From positions 27,404,001 through 27,468,000 of the forward strand of contig OZ296657.1 in NCBI GenBank assembly GCA_965655095.1: DNA of 64,000 bases. The letters are read 5' to 3'. This document shows positions 59,651-64,000 of the stretch, piece after piece. The stretch is from Haplodiscus bocki (taxonomy: Eukaryota). The notes below the pieces were generated by a model. The model was not told the DNA's origin and searched no databases. It worked only from the letters and a program-made list of their open reading frames with translations. Every line of letters starts with the position of its first letter. Position 1 is the stretch's first letter. Position numbers and translations under genes: made by a program.

Positions 59651-62415
59651 TGTCAAACTCGAACAAAGGGTTGACTTGTGATTTCACAGCAACTCACTTG
59701 GTAAATGATTTGTGGTATGATGGACTTTCAAACTCAAATATAATGATTGATTATGCTAATTTGGAACTCGCTCTACAAATATTATATAACATGACGGGGC
59801 ACACATGTTACTTTTCTATAACTGACGAGTTGATTTTGAAAGCCAAGCTCTAACTTCTTCCAAAACAACAACTTGCTGTTATAAATGCATTGTTTAGGTG
59901 TTTAAATGAAGAAGTTGGAACGAAACAAGAACTCCAACAGTCACACCGCTGGCAAATATCAAGCGATCACAATTCTTTGTCAGATTTTTGCTTGTATTAC
60001 TTGTTGAAGGCTACTTTTAGTTTGCTCTCCTATTTTTCAAAACTAATCATTATTAATTAAATATAACATAGCCAATTTTAGGGCATAAGATAGTGCTTCA
60101 TTGCCTGTTTAAACTATTGGAAACTGGTCTCTGTTGAGCGTTCATCTAGCTAAAGTTTCAAGAAATAAGAGGATTTAAAAAAAGTTGTGAAATCAATTTT
60201 TTTTGGAATTTTGACAAGGTTACAAAAGTTTACATCTGATAAAAATCTGAGCAGTAGTCAAAAAGTCTCAAACCCTTTTTTTTGGAAATTTTCACCACAT
60301 CTTTTCTCTTTTCCACCTTTTCAGTGGTTAAGTCACATCATTAATTAGCTATAAAGCCGTCGAGTACACGGAATTCCCATTTGGAGAGTAAAACCTGCAT
60401 TTAAAAAATTCCCGATTCCAGGCGCCGCAGAAACAATAGAACGCGAGGAGTCCTTTGCGTTCTATATTACATCGTCACGATGATAATTGGGTTAACGAAG
60501 TAGCCATACAGAACCCTGCCTAATCTTTGTACGAGTTTCAGAAGGGCATCTTTTTGAGTGAATCCTTAACAAACTAATGAATTCGCTATAGGTAGGTCAT
60601 GATCGCACGAAGGAAATACTAACCTCGACATATCACTGAAAACGATGCTAATGTCTATCAATGTACTAAACCCTAACTATAAGTAACATCCACATTAGTT
60701 TACTTATGTTATGAATGCTGCTGAGTTAAAGGCAATAAATCACAATGTCCAATATCATATGCTTGGGTAAAATGCAGTGAAAACAAAAAAAGTGCAAGAG
60801 ACTGACTCCTAGACAGAAACTAAACAGTGAACTTGGACTATTTGACCAGTGATCACACAGATCTTTTTTTAACAAATGGTTTAGCCAGCAGGCTTTTTTG
60901 ACAGGACTTTGAACGAGAGTAGATTCAAAAAATTTTAAGCTAGAATGAAGTATTATACACCATTAGAAAAGTACTCTCACGTACGATTTGAATCTGAAAC
61001 TATTTTTGTAAAATGGTAACTTCAGTTGAAACCATGAGTCTGAAACGTGAAACCCTTAAACTTGTAGAGATTATAAAAATTTCAGCACGATTGGAGTATT
61101 ATAAATTGTTAGCGAGGTATTTTCGAGGACAATACGAATCTAGCACTGTACAGAAATTGTTTCGAAGCAGTCAAGTGAATTGAAAGAAATTAAGGATGTG
61201 TTCTGATGAAATGACGAATATGTAGAGTTTATTGAATCCAACCTAAAAGTTGAAGCAATCATCAATAGACACAATTCATCCTCTAACAAATTTCAGCAAC
61301 GACCATTTTTTTCATTTTAAAAGTTTGGAGATAGTCACTTTATTAGATCTACAAAAAAATGCGTGTGCTCACTCATCCGAAATAATTCACCTTTCAAACA
61401 TTTATTATGATATCAAATACAAAAGGAAATCATAGCCGATCAAATGTTTTTAAACCTTCTTTAACTCATTAAATCATAATTCTAAGCAAATCCAATTTTT
61501 TCAACATTTTCCTCAACCATTTTTCTGTCATTCTTTAAATCTTTTGAGGCATATTGTGAAGCCTTTCCATTTCGTGAAACAGCAGTTTTAACATTTTCAT
61601 AATTAGTTCAAAGTTCATCTGAGGCATATGCTAAGGAAGCGTACTGCAAACACACTAAGTAATTTTTCCTGCCACATTTTCAACAGATAATGCATCAATA
61701 TTACATCTGACAGTTACCATACAACTTCTGACAAGAGGTAATCCATTACATTTTCATTTTCAAAAGTAATTCTTCCATAATCATCTTTTTCAATAGAAGA
61801 CATTAAAACAATATTTGTCATCGATAGTACATGGTTTCACATAATTAACGATCTGAGGATGCATTGGAGATTTATGAATAGAAGTATATGAATACAACCA
61901 CCTCTTTATAGACCGCACTTCATACTTACGTACATCTGTCACTACATAATACAGGATGTTTGATTCCAATACAATCTTTTGAACTAACTGAGTTTTCGTC
62001 TTTCACATTTCAATCAGAGCTTTATCAAGTCTTTGTTGTTTTATCATGCTCCAGATTCAAGTTAGGTGCCTGAAAACGTTATAGAAAAAAATGAGTGATT
62101 ATTTGACCTATTATGTTTTGTACGGCGTACTTTCACTAAACATTCTTTGCAAAAATGACACCATTCATTAAAGTATTAAGGTTTCAAAAGCTCTCCCTGT
62201 CAACATCATCTGATTGATTCAAAAAAATACCATGTAAGATGAATGGTTCGATTACTCATAAAATTGTGAGCATAAATACCACCCAAAAATGTGAATCGGA
62301 GAATCAACAATGAAATTATAGCAGCCGAAACTTTCTTAGACTTAAACTGAAATTTTCTTTATTAAATTTTCTTTCTTAAGACTTGAACTAAATTTCATTT
62401 CTATTTTCGTCCGTT

Positions 62416-63853
62416 TGATAAACAGCTCGCGCTGAGTCAAGTACCTTCGAGTACCCTCGAGTGCTTTTGCTAAACAAAGCCCCTTTCATAACAGTATTTT
62501 ACAAACAACAAAATCCTCCTATCACTACTCTGTAAATTACATACAACACTCTCTCTATTCTTTATTCTTACAAGCAATATTCTTTCTTTATAACAAGTGT
62601 ACAATTTAATCACATACGTAACATTTCAACAACTTTAATACAACACATTTCTTATCATTGACATAAAATAACGTTTAATATTTTCCGTTATAATTCACTG
62701 CTAGTATTTTATTATAAGATACACTCTGCATAAATACTTCGCACAACAATCACATAGCAGATCTGTATTCTCTGTTTTGTTTTCGTAACCCGCTGACCCT
62801 TGCACCTTCCATGCCCGCATTCAAATTAGTGCAAATTTCGAAATCTTTCTCTTAATTTTGACCAAAAATAATATCCACCTGAAAATTTCTACTCATTTGT
62901 CGACAACAACTCAACGGAAGACAGAACCGAACAACTCTACCCAGAAACAGTTGCCTCGTCTTTCACGAAAAAGAAGAAAACTCCCTTTTGTCAACGCAGT
63001 GACTACCAGTCCCCCACAACAATTTCAAGGAGAAACTTCCAAAATTATGTAAGCTACTATTAGCCTTTGTATTATTTTTTCTTTCTTTTCTCCTTTTCTA
63101 ATTTAAATTCTTTCCTAAAAAGCCAAAAACATTTTTTTATTCACTTGAGATATCCCGCTAACAGCCACCAAACCAAAAACACCTAAATAGTAATTTTAGA
63201 AATCACTGAAGTACCTTTTCCAACAACATTCGTCCTCCGGATCCAAAATTATTTCCTAGCGAACTGTTTTGAAAGCATACGACTGTTACAAAATGGTGAC
63301 AGGAGTGGGATACCTCAAGTGAAGGGTCGTTTAAAAACGATCCGTGCGTGTGCGATTTTCGAAAATTGTAAAGGTGAATTAGTTTTTCCTTTTTCTTAGT
63401 TTTGGCTCAAGACCTTCGCCCACTGATTTTCTTGTCACTGAATTTCAGTGCCCGCCAGCTAAGATCTTCTTCACCGGACTTTGTCCGAGCCTGGTTTTCC
63501 TAAGATCCTCTTCAGCGGACTTTGTCCGAGCCTAGTTTCCCCAGCTTCGTGCTGTGTGTTCCGCGTTATGCGAGATCTGGCAAGACCCGCTAAGATGGCC
63601 CTGAAGTTTTGAGGATCTCACGTGAGTACTAGCTAAAACTTCAATTTTTCTTGAACTTCTTCGTACATTTTTGCTTTTGTAGCCCCTTTTCTCTTAATGT
63701 CCGTTCAGTTTTGTGCGCATACGTCACCCCATGCCCGAATTCTCTCTGTGAGTCCTCCTTCACCCCCACCAGCGTACCGAACCGTGCAAAATCGTTTCCA
63801 AATCATCAACACAACCTGCCTTTTCAACATTTTTCTCGCACTGACTGTCATCA
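62416..63853. mobile_element. Putative solo LTR (~1.44 kb) upstream of the gene
   Basis: Termini TGAT...ATCA, near-TSD CGTT/CGCT, strand-skewed non-coding interior with an internal tandem repeat. Confidence 0.45.
63459..63540 (+). repeat. 41-bp tandem duplication containing a CGGAC-TTT-GTCCG hairpin
   Basis: Units CTAAGATC.TCTTCA.CGGACTTTGTCCGAGCCT start at 63459 and 63500. Confidence 0.88.
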
Positions 63854-64000
63854 CGCTACTCCTACTGATAGCCGCCATAACTGGATTAGCTTTTGAAGTT
63901 CAAGAAACCAGAAAACAGTGTTTTTGTGCAGTATATGCTAAATTGTTAACAAAACAAATTTTTTTAATAGAGTTTGCAATTCCGATGTATCTTTTTGGTT

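Overview
This is AT-rich, intron-containing eukaryotic (animal-like) genomic DNA, not prokaryotic, and most entries in the supplied ORF track are spurious or pseudogene fragments. One intact host gene can be rebuilt by hand: a 9-exon acid sphingomyelinase (SMPD1-like) on the minus strand, 59650..37944. Its CDS is 1926 nt (641 aa), all introns are GT-AG and all phases are consistent. It keeps every metal ligand but appears to have lost two disulfide pairs and gained an acidic tail. The left ~26 kb holds heavily decayed Polinton/Maverick-like endogenous virus genes, apparently two adjacent elements: integrase, packaging ATPase, several major-capsid-like genes, penton-like genes, an adenain-like protease and two protein-primed PolB remnants. 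One penton remnant carries a nested insertion, a CGGBP1-type hAT inside a GGG-terminated MITE, both with perfect 8-bp TSDs. The 26-34 kb region holds Gypsy and Bel/Pao relics and a 2.84-kb putative solo LTR (4-bp TSD) rich in promoter duplications and GAC-N(9-14)-GTC dyads. Degenerate tandem arrays of a ~175-bp unit occur at several places on both strands, in and around the gene. An intronic LTR-like insert carries two perfect CLEAR motifs plus CRE and TATA motifs. Pseudogene identities come from hand translation and recalled family motifs, not database searches, so their boundaries are approximate.
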